Of a DNA stretch of 64,000 bases, positions 34,527-48,212 are shown piece after piece. The notes under the pieces are model-generated. The model saw nothing but the letters and a program-made list of their open reading frames with translations. It searched no databases and was not told the origin of the DNA. Origin of the DNA: the human T2T-CHM13v2.0 reference genome, Homo sapiens. Where the stretch lies: the NCBI RefSeq assembly GCF_009914755.1, contig NC_060926.1; one strand, 5' to 3'. The translations under genes were made by a program, and so were the position numbers. Positions within the stretch are counted from its first letter, which is position 1, and every line of letters starts with the position of its first letter.

Positions 34527-35060
34527 GTGGCAGAAATGAAAACTTTTCAGTCATTCAACATCTCAAAAATGTACTTACCATGCAACCTTTTCCAGAACAC
34601 CACTGAAAGATTTGCTAGCAACAAAGTGAAATAAACCAAGAAAGAGTAAAAATGGGATCCAAAACACACAGGCCAAACAGAAGGAAGAGGAAGAGAATTT
34701 CCAGAATAATGATGAAAGAAAATCTGAGGAAAACTGTTTTAGCAAGTCCAAATTGGAACAAGGGAGAATATTGAGTAGGTATTGAAAGCTTATCTATCTG
34801 TTAACTAGCTTGATTTAGCCATTCCACACTGTATACATATTTCAGAACATCACGTTGTACACTATAAACATATGTAATTTTTTGTCAATTTAAATAATTA
34901 TTTTTTAAAAAGAAAGCTTACCTGATTTGTGCTACACTCATAATTAAGGCATACTTTTAAAGTTCTGTTTGAAAGTTTGTGGATGAACTACTGTTACTTT
35001 AAAGCAAAATGAATTAAAAAAAAGAGAGGCAATTACTAACTCTAAGACAAATAAAATGTT

Positions 35061-35345
<285 letters not shown>

Positions 35346-35411
35346 GTTTATAACAAAGGAAATACGTACACAGTGTATTGTCTGTATGAGCTATAAAATA
35401 TTTATAGAAAT

Positions 35412-35700
35412 GGCCGGGCGTGGTGGCTCACACCTGTAATCCCAGAACTCTGGGAGGCCAAGGTGGGTGGATCACGAGGTCAGGAGTTCAAGAGCAGCCT
35501 GGCCAAGATGGTGAAACCCTGTCAGTACTAAAAATACAAAAATTAGCTGGGCATGGTGGTGGGTGCCTATAATCCCAGCTACTTGGGAGGCTGAGGCAGA
35601 GAGTTGCTTGAACCCGGGAGGTGGAGGTTGCATTGGGCCAAGATCATGCCACTGCGCTCCAGCCTGGGCAACAGAGCAAGATTCCATCTCAAGAAAAAAA
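35412..35700 (+). mobile_element. AluSg
   Basis: ggatcacgaggtcaggagttc; 12-bp TSD ATTTATAGAAAT at 35400-35411 and 35703-35714. Confidence 0.92.
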
Positions 35701-35923
35701 GCATTTATAGAAATGATTATCTGTTAAATACTAATTTGATAAAATGATGATGATATAACTAGATTGAAAAAATATTGAGAAGTTCAGAGAGAGGGAGAGA
35801 TAAAAGTGAAAGTTTGCATAGCAGAATCAAATCCTCCGCTTGCATTATTGAAAGGCCTTAGACAATATAAAAAAACTGAAAAATCAAGATATAGATACAT
35901 ATTTTGTTTGTAAAGAAGAGGCA

Positions 35924-36345
35924 TAACATGGTTTGGATATGTGTCCCTTCCAAATCTCATGTTGAAATGTGATCCCCAATGTTAAAGGTGGGGTCTAGTG
36001 GGAGGTACTGGATCATGGGAGTGTATACCTCATCAATGGCTTAGTGCCATCCCCTCGGTGATAAGTGAGTTCCTGCTCAGTCAGTTCATGCAAGATCTGG
36101 TCATTTAAAAGAGTTTGGGACCGTCCCCTTCTCTCTCTCACTCCCTATCATCTCAGCATGTGTTACATCTGCCCCCCTTTCACCCTCCTCCATGATTGGA
36201 AGCTTCCTGAGGCCCTCACCAGGAGCAGATACCGCACTATGTTTCCTCTACAGCCTGCAGAACCATGTTCCAAAATAAACCTCTTTTCTTTATAAATTAC
36301 CCAGTCTCAGGTATTCCTTTATAGCAATTCAAATGGACTAACACA
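35924..36345 (+). mobile_element. MaLR solo LTR, MSTB-like
   Basis: atggtttggatatgtgtcccttccaaatctcatgttgaaatg...cccagtctcaggtattcctttatagcaa...ggactaacaca. Confidence 0.88.
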
Positions 36346-36885
36346 AAGTGAATGCCAGGAAAATACAACTCCAACAAACGAAAATGATGGCTTGTGCTGA
36401 TCAGGACTTGGGAGTAGAGAGGGGTGGAGCAGAAGTCAACTTTTTTCTTTTGTTAGTTACCTATAAAGGTATTTGACATTTATTATTTTATATACATTAA
36501 AATAATGTATATAATATATAATATACAATATATAATTAAATGACCAAATAGATGAAAGTATTACATGTTCCTTTTTTTATAGAAAGGGAGAAAAGAAACC
36601 AATTAAGCCATATAAACCAAGTAAAATAAAGCATCAGAGTAGCTCCAAGTGTGGACACATGGAACAATTCATAGTATAATTTGCAAGCTTATTAGAAACA
36701 TGAGGTGAGCCACAGACAGGGCAGGTTTCTTCTTTGTGTTCACAGCCCTAAGGCTTTTCAGGGGAGCTGCAACAGGCTTATATGACAGATATAAGCTCCG
36801 GTGGAGCGGAGAGGCACCACCGGGCTACTGTGGTAATAGCCGTAGACGCTCATGATCCAGAGGTTGATGCATTGCATCTTTCTTC

Positions 36886-36955
36886 TTCTTCTTCTTTTTT
36901 TGTTGTTGTTTTTGTTTTTTGAGACAGGGTCTGGCTGTCTCCATCACACCTGACC
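36886..36955 (-). mobile_element. Internally deleted Alu remnant (tail, 3' tip and 5' tip only)
   Basis: T-rich tail, then gagacagggtctggctgtc fused to ccatcacacctgacc; flanked by an ATTGCATC(t/c)tt TSD at 36871 and 36957. Confidence 0.75.
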
Positions 36956-37083
36956 TATTGCATCCTTCTTGGACACTGTTTTAAGAGCCTGGAAAATATA
37001 TAACTACCAAAATAAGAATGACATTGTGACACTTTGCAGACCAGGGCAATTCTTTTGACTTCCACCATTTGAAGTGATCATCA

Positions 37084-37402
<319 letters not shown>

Positions 37403-37689
37403 ACCTGGTTTTGTTTGGAAAAGCTTTGAAGGCAAATAAAAATCAGAAGGAAAAGAAGAGGGAAAAAACCCTGTATTTTGTTATGAGATAGGCCCCGTTT
37501 AAGACACTTAAACGTATATTATGTCACATATATATTTTGAGTCAATAGGAATTAAATATAGTTACTTACATACAGCAAAGAAAATAACTCATAGATTTCC
37601 AGGAGCTATCATAGCTTTTATAGGAATGTGCCTAGCCCATTAGGATTCAATTTTTTATGGGTTTAGTAGGACATCACTAACAATGCAAG

Positions 37690-38240
37690 GGTAAGCTACA
37701 CTAACAAAATTATGGGCCCAGATCAAGGATGATAATGGTTTCACTGTACTTTGTTTGCGTCATACCACATTTGGAGTGCTGTGGGATTTGGATGTCATAT
37801 GGGGACACAGGCTGAATGAGAAACAATGACTGTGAGGAGAACCAAACCCAGACTGTATAAGGAATAGGTGAAAGGACCAAGGCATTAAGCCTGGAGGAAG
37901 AGAGGCTTACTACAGCACGTTATGGCTATCTTGCCGTATTTTAAGTACCCTTAAAATACAGAATAGAAAAGGAATGGATTCCTTCTGGATGGTTTCTGAG
38001 ATTGGAACTGGTACATGGATAGAAGTTATAGGAGGCATTCAACAGAAGCATTTTCTAACAAGTAGTGAATGATAGAATATCATGTCTCACAAATTGCTTT
38101 CTGATCCTTCATTGGAAGTGTTCAAGGAACAACCAGATTGTCCTCAATTAAGCACTTTAAGAGAGGATTCCTGCATTGGAATTGAAGTTGGACCAGTTTG
38201 GATTTAAAGACTGATAAAGGTCTAATACTCTTAAGTTTTT
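37690..38240 (+). mobile_element. L3/CR1 LINE 3' fragment
   Basis: accacatttggagtgctgtg, agcctggaggaagagaggctt, tagaagttataggaggca, cattggaagtgttcaag are CR1/L3 motifs. Confidence 0.65.
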
Positions 38241-38269
38241 AGATATGACAATCTTGAAATTCAGTCTCC

Positions 38270-38580
38270 AAATACTGATTATTCAATAAATAAACATTGG
38301 CAGCTTTCTATGTGTCAGGAAACGAGAGACATTGTTCCTGCCTAGTGAAACATTACATCCAGCAGAGGGGATAAGAATTAGGCAGATGACTGGATAAATA
38401 ATTGTAATTGTAATAAGCATGATGCAGAAATAAAGATTATATGGCAACATATTACACAGGCTCTAATATAGGCTGGAGGGTATGGGAAGGCTTCTTTAAG
38501 AAAGTGATGTTTTAAGTGGAGACCCAAAGGCTGAGTTAGCTACTAGGAAACTATTTTTGATTCAGTGTCAAGGTCTAGAA
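38270..38580 (-). mobile_element. L2 fragment
   Basis: attcaataaataaacatt...ctatgtgtcagg...gggaaggcttctttaagaaagtgatgttttaagtggagacc. Confidence 0.65.
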
Positions 38581-41500
38581 AAGTGTCTTTTATTAGAAAA
38601 CAACACATATTGAAAAAGAATTCTGCCTTAGCGTTCAACCAGTCTTGAAATGTCCTTGAACACCTCCCATACTTATTGACATTAACTATTGGCATGCTAT
38701 TAATATTGGCTAAAGGTTGACCTTCTTCTTTATGGGAAGTTCTCCTTTGCTTACAAGCCAGTCAGTTTGCTTTGGATTTATACTTTGGGTCCTTTTAGTT
38801 TGAGTGAGTGATTTGTGTTGTTGTTATTGTTGGCTCTAACTGATACCAGGACAGACTATTCTATACTTGTAGGCACCCAAAAGTGTCAGATTCTGAATTA
38901 TAGTCACAGAGGTAAGTGAAGTTGCTTTTTTGCCCTTGACTTTAGAGCTCAAAAGACTGTTTAAATGCCACTTGAAAAACAAAGAAGGAATGAAGAATGG
39001 TTCTAGGAGTAAATGAACTCATCCTTCTCCCGAGCATATTTCAGAAACCTAGAGAGAGAAATCTTTTATCTAAATTAAAGACGGACCCTCACAAAACCTC
39101 AAAGAGATCTGATGATATAAATGGAGTAGCCAGGGCTTATGAAGTGCCGGTGGATAATTACAATCTGAGATTTATTGGTGACCACTCTTGTGTCAGTGAA
39201 AGGTTGGCTGACCAGATAAAACCAGGCATTGGCTAGAGGGAGGACTCTTGAACCACTCAATCTTTTGAAATTTCTAAGGAGTTTTCCAAGGGGTAAATCA
39301 GCATTCACATGCTATGTAAGAAGATCTTTACATACAGCAGATGGATTCAGCTGGGTTAGGTTGCTTCATTGGTCAATGTCCAATTCAGTATCTGAGAAAC
39401 GTCATCATGCTTTAGGTCTTAGGGATATCCATCATGCCTACTAAGAGTAAAATGAGCATTTCTATGTCTATGAGGTATGTTATTGAATCCATCATGTTAA
39501 TTATCTTCAGATCAATTAAGGAATACAGCATTGGCATTTGACATGGACCATGTAATCAGTGTCACCTAAAACATGATTATGAGGACACCCTTGAATGAAG
39601 TTGTAGTTTTCATAGTGTGAGTCATGGTAAAACACTAAGATAGTGGCTTTTGTTTAACACTTGTTAGTAGTGGGGCTACTAAGATGCTATGCGCATACAG
39701 TAATAACGTGGGTCTTTTCCTTATCATAATGCTCTATCTTCTAGTTGATACTGGATCTGTAGACCAAGTGACTGTGGCAGGTAAATGGATGAATTTAGGG
39801 GGGAAAATTATGAGCATACTTTTTAGGAATAGTTAGGTAATCAAGACTAATGGGAACTTTTGTTGATCAACATGACTGTACCCTGAAATGTGTCTTTGGG
39901 CTTTCAGAAACACGGTATAATTTCTTCCTCAAAGATCTGCTTGCTATGTTACATGGGTACAGAGCCTTGGGTGTGAAGATGACAACCATAAGAAAGAGAC
40001 AAAAGAATCTGGCAGCAAAAGCAACCCCAGCAAAACAAAGCAGAAATTAGAGAAATTAATAAATTGAGTGAAATTATATTACTCAAGTTCTTCATTTTCT
40101 AAATAGGCTTTTATTTTCCATGAAATTACTTTACAGTTTTAACTAACTTTTTATTATCGTTTTATCCAAGAGGCTTTGGCTGGAAGTGTGCCCTGGTAGG
40201 TCTAATGTTGTTAATCATTTGAATTCTTCTGCATAACTTTCAGGTTTGGTTACTCATTGATTGACTCTTCAGACTTAAATGAATAGTTGAAAGAATAAGG
40301 CAAAGCGTAGTTTTTTCTTTTTTTTTTTTTTTTTTTACCAGACATTCTTTTCATTATGGTAATATGTACTATGATATCATTGGGCAAGGAAACATTGCCT
40401 TGATATTTCCCCAGAGTAAAATAATTTTTGATTAGGCATTATTGATTTCTCAATTTCTGCAAGGAATATGAGCCTCATTCTTGAAGAAAGAGGTGACAGA
40501 AAAAACATAATATTATATAAATGAGGTTTCTGAGTCAAAGATTAGGTTCATGCAAGGATCCCTATTTTGTTAATTTTTTATTGAGTGTCCAAATTAATGT
40601 CAATATAACAGAATTCAAAGGCAAAGATAAAAGTCCACAGGCTCAATTCTAGCTACAGCACATGTCAGTAGTTCAGTGTCTGCTATGTGGAAAGACTGAG
40701 AAAGTGTCTTAATCAAAATTTCTACAAATCTTTGATATCCCCTTATTTATTTTCTGCAGAACAGGAGCCTCTTCATGTTTGATGTCCCAGAAGCAAGGGC
40801 CTGTTTCTGTTGAGTTTGATTATAGAAGAGAGGACTCCTCCCAGGTAGCACAGCTGGATGTATCCTGCTTGTTGCCTTAGTTTCTTTTATGGAAGGAGAT
40901 AAAGGAGGAAGAAGACCACATTATAAAATTGGTAGTTGTTTGTAGTGCTGGCAGAGTCTCAAATGATATATGATATTTGTTGTGTTACAGTCATTTCCAA
41001 CCAAAGGATTCATTTTTGCAGCAGACGAAAGATGGACAGCATGCAAATGCTTGGATTAGACACAGTCCAATGCTTTGAAATTCCATGCATTGGTGTCTGT
41101 TATATGTGTTGTTTTTTGACATATTTTACTGCTGTTACATGGGTGCTTACTTAGAACAATTAGTAAGAAAACCCAACAGGATTTGTCTGTAGTCCTTACC
41201 AAATATTTGAATAGGAGGTGACTATTACAGTGGGAACAAAAAGTGCAAAAGTTTAGGATTTGGCCTTGTTTCAAAAACTGTTAAGTTTTAATGACTCTGA
41301 TAATGTGTTCAGTCTCTTAAAGGTTATGGGGCTGACATTTTCCACTTTTTTATGGAAAGAGAATTAGATTAATTGTTAGGGTATGTCACTGGGGAGCTTT
41401 TGCTTAAGGGCTACTTTTGAGTTTATTCCTGGAAAGGAATGAAATTGGCAGAAACAAGGTCAGTTTTCTATTATGTCTGATGACTGTTTCCAGGAAAGTT

Positions 41501-43470
41501 TGGTTAGCCAAACCACATGGATTTTTGGTCTCTATTGTAAATTGCCAAAAGGGACATCCACCCACAGAAATTGTTACACTTTCTTTTATAATGTTGGCAT
41601 CTGTAAGCTCTTCATGGTAAGAGGAGTGAAATTTTGAGAAGAAGTCTGAAAAGATATAACTCCTGAGATCCAGCAAATGAAAAACACTGTCTTTCATAAG
41701 TGGAAGGTCTATCCCCATTGGATATGCTAGAAGATTGGAAAATCATTCTAGAAGTGAGAGAGACTTTGTGGAGGTGACTCAGCCTTCATAATGGTCTCTG
41801 ATGAAGCTGGATTTGATTTTTTATAATACATTCTAATTTAAAATGATAATCTTATCAGCCATTTTTATAGTCACTTAACACCTGAGACATTAAAATAAGA
41901 ACAGTATTAACTAATTCATATATTTATTTCATGCAACAAATATTTATTAAGCACCTTGCAAGGGGCAGAAACAGTGAGAAAAATGACCAAGATAAAAATA
42001 TTTCTACTTTCATGAAACTTTCACCTTAATGAAGTAATACATTATGGGAAAATGTGTTTTTTAATGTTACACTTTATATTTCAAAAGGAAAGCATTTGGA
42101 AAACTTCAGCAGACCATGCAATCATGATATTTCTGTATTGGTGGGGATATACTCTTGTTGATTCCTGCATGTTCTTCATTTTTGCAAACTTGTGATAACA
42201 TAAAGCCTTTTTGAGACAGGTGGCAGACTTTGCCTAATGTTAGTCTTGAATGCAATAATGTTAACTTACTTACAAAAGATTTAACTTAAGGATGCTACTC
42301 ACTTGTAGTACTAATTGGATTTCTTTCCTGACCCAGTGAAATTTAGAATTTACTAGATACTCATGATTATACAAAGTTATATCAGCCTGTCCTTTAAATA
42401 TTATGTTATCCCTTTTGTGGAGATACAATCAGGCATTTTGTATCTACTCATTGTGGATATTCTTACTAATAAATCTGAAACTTATTAGTCAAATAGTTGA
42501 TACAATTAATTTGTTTAGGTCTCAAAAGAAAGGCAAAGTTTTGATAGTTTGCAGAGCATTTTAGCATTATTGGTCATTTCATTTCCAGATGTTATTACTC
42601 TTGAAAACACATGTGACCATGGCTATTAGCATATAATATATCGTACTTCTAGTTTATTTTTATGATGCTGTTTAAAAAACATACAGGTTACATCTATGTG
42701 TTCAAAGTGAGATAACAACTCTGATGATTATATGGTGCCTACAACTAGTGCAAGCCGGATATTCTCCATGTTATACTACATAAATGAGTCTTCGATTACT
42801 TCTTACCTCTGATGCTACTGATTACTTTACCAAAATGAAATATTAAAAGTTGTGAATATTTAATTTTTAAGACAAATTAGAAGAAGTCAAGGCTACCCAT
42901 ATAATATCATTAATTACTATGCATTATACATTATGATGTATTTCTTGAAGAGGCAGAAATGAAATTGTTTATAAAACTGGGAATGCCTATGGGAGTGCAT
43001 GTATATGTGACTTGCATTTGTCCTATGTATATGGTGGATACTCATATGATAGCCCTTAGTCTAGGCAGACCTTGGCCTGGCCCAAATCATAGCCTAGTAC
43101 TAAATGATCTGCTTCTCTGACTGTCCTACAGCCTCTCCCTCCACCAACATATTTTCATCTCATATTGTTCTGACAAATGTATTTGAACTATTTTCATTAA
43201 ATATTCAGATTCAGAGTTAAAAATTTAATTATTTAAATTTAAGAGTTTAAAATTTTAAATTATTTTTATTAACTAGTAGATTCAGAGTTAAAAATGCCCA
43301 TTACAAACAAAACCCATTTAATTTACAAATTTCAAGCCTTATATATGTCTGCCTTTCAGTCACCACATTTACCTCTTGACTTAAATATATTTCAATTTTT
43401 TTGGTAGAATGGTCCTTGCCTTTATTGTAAGCTGCTGCAAATCCCTTTGGGGAAGAGGTTATTTATCATT

Positions 43471-43985
43471 TGTAGCAGTAGTCAGAGTCTAGTCAGGAAA
43501 ACACACAGTACTCTAGGTATTTCAAATAGAGGACTTTTTTCCAGGCAATTAGTAACACAGGTGAAAAAAGAGCTAGAAAGCCAAACAAAGAACAGAGGAA
43601 ACCCAAGAATTTGCAGCAGCAGGAAGTAGCTACCACACCTAGGTTTGAAGGGTGAAAATGCAGGGAGGGGGTGGTTTACCAGAATCCAGGTGCCCAAGCC
43701 ATCTGGCAAACCTGTCTAGTAGAATCTGAAGCAATGCAGGTCTCCAGAATTTCTTCTTGGGAATGGAGAGAGGAAAATATCCTGATTTCTCCCATCTTCC
43801 CATCATCCCCTTCCCTGACTCCCAATCCATTTCCAGTACCTCCTTTTGACCAAGTCTGGCAAGAAACTAGCACACACACAGTCTTGCTGGGGTCGACCGT
43901 GTGGTGACAACAGAACAGAGCAGGGGAAGAGTGAGAAATGGTTCTATAAGCAAACAGGACAAAGGCGAAGATATGGGTCAAGCAA
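43471..43985 (-). mobile_element. Old solo LTR (ERVL/ERV1-type, subfamily uncertain)
   Basis: tgtagcagtagtcagagtctagtcaggaaaacacacagtactctaggtatttcaa resembles ancient mammalian LTR termini; ~500 bp and more GC-rich than the flanks. Confidence 0.4.
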
Positions 43986-44953
43986 TCAAGACAAATAATC
44001 TTTTATTCATATTCATGGTATCCTCCTGAAAAAATAAACTGATAATTGCTAATAAAAAAGCACTGTATTACTTGATTAGCTTGATTCCTTTGATTAGATT
44101 ACAACAAGCTCGTAGTCTCAAATTATTAAGAGGTAAACAATAGGTTTTATTCACCTACTTTTTAATACAGCATCTCTTAGCTGAACATAAAACCTAGAGA
44201 ATGTATTACTGCAGAAACTGTGTTGAATTTTTTTTCCTTCTGAAGATGTTTGAAGAAAAGTTACAGAGGTATTTGTTTAAGCAGTCTAAATATAATTCTA
44301 CTTAGAATCCAATTGATCTTCACAGATGGTAATTCCAGCACTATAAACTTATGTTATATCCACTAATATAAGTTTGTAATTCGATGATTCTTAGATATTT
44401 ACTTCTAGATAGGAATCAATTAGATAGACCTGAAGGAGTTAGAAAGTATTCTGAAAAATAAAGAAATATATATATATGAAATACGTCTGGATTTGTTACC
44501 TTCTTAATATAATGTAACCTGTCTAGAGATTTCCAGAATGAAAAACATAAGGTTGGAATGACTTTCAGTACTTATTTTTAGGAAAAATATACCTCTTATT
44601 AGTTTAATAAGAAAAGATGTATCCTATAAAATATGATATACAGTTTTTATGAAGTTTGAATGATTAAAATTAAGCCTTGGCTGGATTTCCTCAAATTCAA
44701 TGTGGAGCTTTGGAGACTTATTGAACAGTTCTTTCCTTAGATAATTACCTTGCTTAGAAGTGCTTCCTATTCAGACAGAACACCTGATTTTTTTCACTAA
44801 GAGAAGTCTGTGCCTCATGCCTTTATAAATGGAGTAAAGCATGAATACCTTTTCTAGGAAGAGGGATCTTGTTTATCAGAATCAAACTATTTTGAGTAGA
44901 ATTATAGTAAGGAAAGATTCTAACCACAGTGATATTTAAAATGGTTTTATTCT

Positions 44954-46367
<1,414 letters not shown>

Positions 46368-47019
46368 AAAATGGTTTTATTCTCTTCCTTAGCTTTTATC
46401 CGTCTCCTTTTGTAAGCCATATACATTCGAACAAACTAATAATAATAGTAAGATCTAGTTTCAAGGTAGTGGACTGCAACATTGAAGTCTGTAGACTTCT
46501 TTGCCAAGAAAAATGTTTCTTGGCATTAACAGTTTTTCCATCAAATACAAAATTCTGAGTGAGATACATCACTAGAGAGTATATGAGTTCTTCCACTCTG
46601 GTCGGCTTATTCTACGGAGTGAGACTGATACTACTGCTTATCTCATAGTTTTGTTATGATAATATTTATTAAAAACTCAGACTAATGTTTGACACACAGT
46701 AAATACTAAAGAAATGCTTACAGAATAAATAAATACATTCATAAATAAGTCAATCTCTGTTGTAGTCATGTCATATTAATTATAATCCACATGCTAGAGT
46801 TTGTGATATTCTCTCTGCCTGGTTCCCCAACTCTCTTTCTATTTATTTAAATCTTCTTCAAGGACTGTGCAGATCCCACCTTTCTAAGCCCTTCAGGACA
46901 GACAACTCTGGACTCTACTAACCTCATGTTTCTCCATCACTCGTTTGCACTTATGCACAAATATCCTATTTGCTTTATTTAGTCTTTACCATCGATTGTT
47001 AACTAGGCAAAGACATTAG

Positions 47020-47160
47020 AATTCCCTGGGTTGCTTTTCCAAAATATATATCCCTAGGCCAAACCCCTAGAATTTTTAGATTCAGTGAGTCCTGCCTGGC
47101 ACCAAAACATGCACATTTTGATAAGGTTCTTCAGCAAAGCCAATTTAAGCCACTAGTCAA
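47020..47160. mobile_element. MER5B-like MITE
   Basis: agaattccctggg...ccctagaatttttagattcagtgagtc...cacattttgataagg. Confidence 0.5.
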
Positions 47161-47362
47161 GATACACTGATCAAAATTACCTTTTGTTGCCAGTATGTAG
47201 ATTTTCTTTATCAGCGCAATTATAAACATCTTGAAGACATAGACCATGCTTTGTTTTTCTTATGTAAACATGGCCACTACTGAATAACAGTCCTCTTTCG
47301 TGTTTCATTGTAAGATCTCTGAGAGTGGCGCCCAAGTTATGCCTTGCCAATGGGTTGGGGAG

Positions 47363-47704
47363 TGTATTAGTTCTCATGCTGCTAATAAAAATATACCTGA
47401 GACTGGGCAATTTATAAAGAAAGAGAGGGTTAATGGACTCATGTGGCTGAGGAGGCCTCATAATCATGGCAGAAGGTGAAAGGCACATCTTACATGGTTG
47501 CAGGCAAGAGAGAATGTGAGCCAAGCAAAAGGGGAAACCCCTTATAAAACCATCAGATCTCGATGACTACCATGAGAACAGTATGGGGAAAACTGATCCC
47601 ATGATTCAATTATCTCCCAAATGAGTCCCTCCCACAACACGTGGGAGTTACGGGAGCTACAATTCAAGATGAGATTTGGGTGGGGACACAGCCACACCAT
47701 ATCA
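47363..47704 (-). mobile_element. MaLR solo LTR, THE1C/D-like
   Basis: tgtattagt...catgctgctaataaa...gagatttgggtggggacacagccacaccatatca. Confidence 0.9.
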
Positions 47705-47729
47705 AAGAGGGACAAAGAGATCCACAGGT

Positions 47730-48212
47730 AGATCATTCAGCTGTTGCCACAATTATGTTATGTCATGAATAACCAGAAATCTTCAGTGATATACCAAAAA
47801 AGGCACTCTTGTTCATGTTTCTGGAATCAGCAGGAATAGACTAGGCACCTGTGCTCATCCTGGCTGGGCTTTTGCACATATTTGTGGAGTCAGCTGACTG
47901 CTGACTGGGCCCACCTAAATGTCTGCTGTTCAACAGCTCACTCATGTATCTGTGAGCTGACTCTGTTCCACGTTACTTTGGTCTTCCTCCTAAGACCAGA
48001 AGGCTAGTCAATGCAAATTTTGTCTTGGCAATAATGGAGGACAAGAAGGCAACCCCAGATGTGCAATCTCATTTTAAGCCTCTATCTGTATTGCATTGGC
48101 CAAAGCAAGTCATGTGGTAAAAGCCCCCTCATGGAAGGTGAGTACTGTACATTACATGACAAAAGCTGTAAGTACAAGGAGGTGGGAAGAATTGATGACA
48201 TTTTCTCCACAT
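47730..48212 (-). mobile_element. MLT1 (H/I/J-like) solo LTR
   Basis: ggagtcagctgactg...ttttaagcctct...cattggccaaagcaagtcatgtgg. Confidence 0.65.

Noticed and set aside
36798-36830. CTCF or REST site as the explanation for the CpG cluster
   Set aside because: GAGCGGAGAGGCACC and GGCACCACCGGGC match the respective consensus only partially
38997-39444. Short ORFs in unique DNA as coding exons
   Set aside because: No recognisable homology or convincing splice boundaries; lengths are as expected by chance
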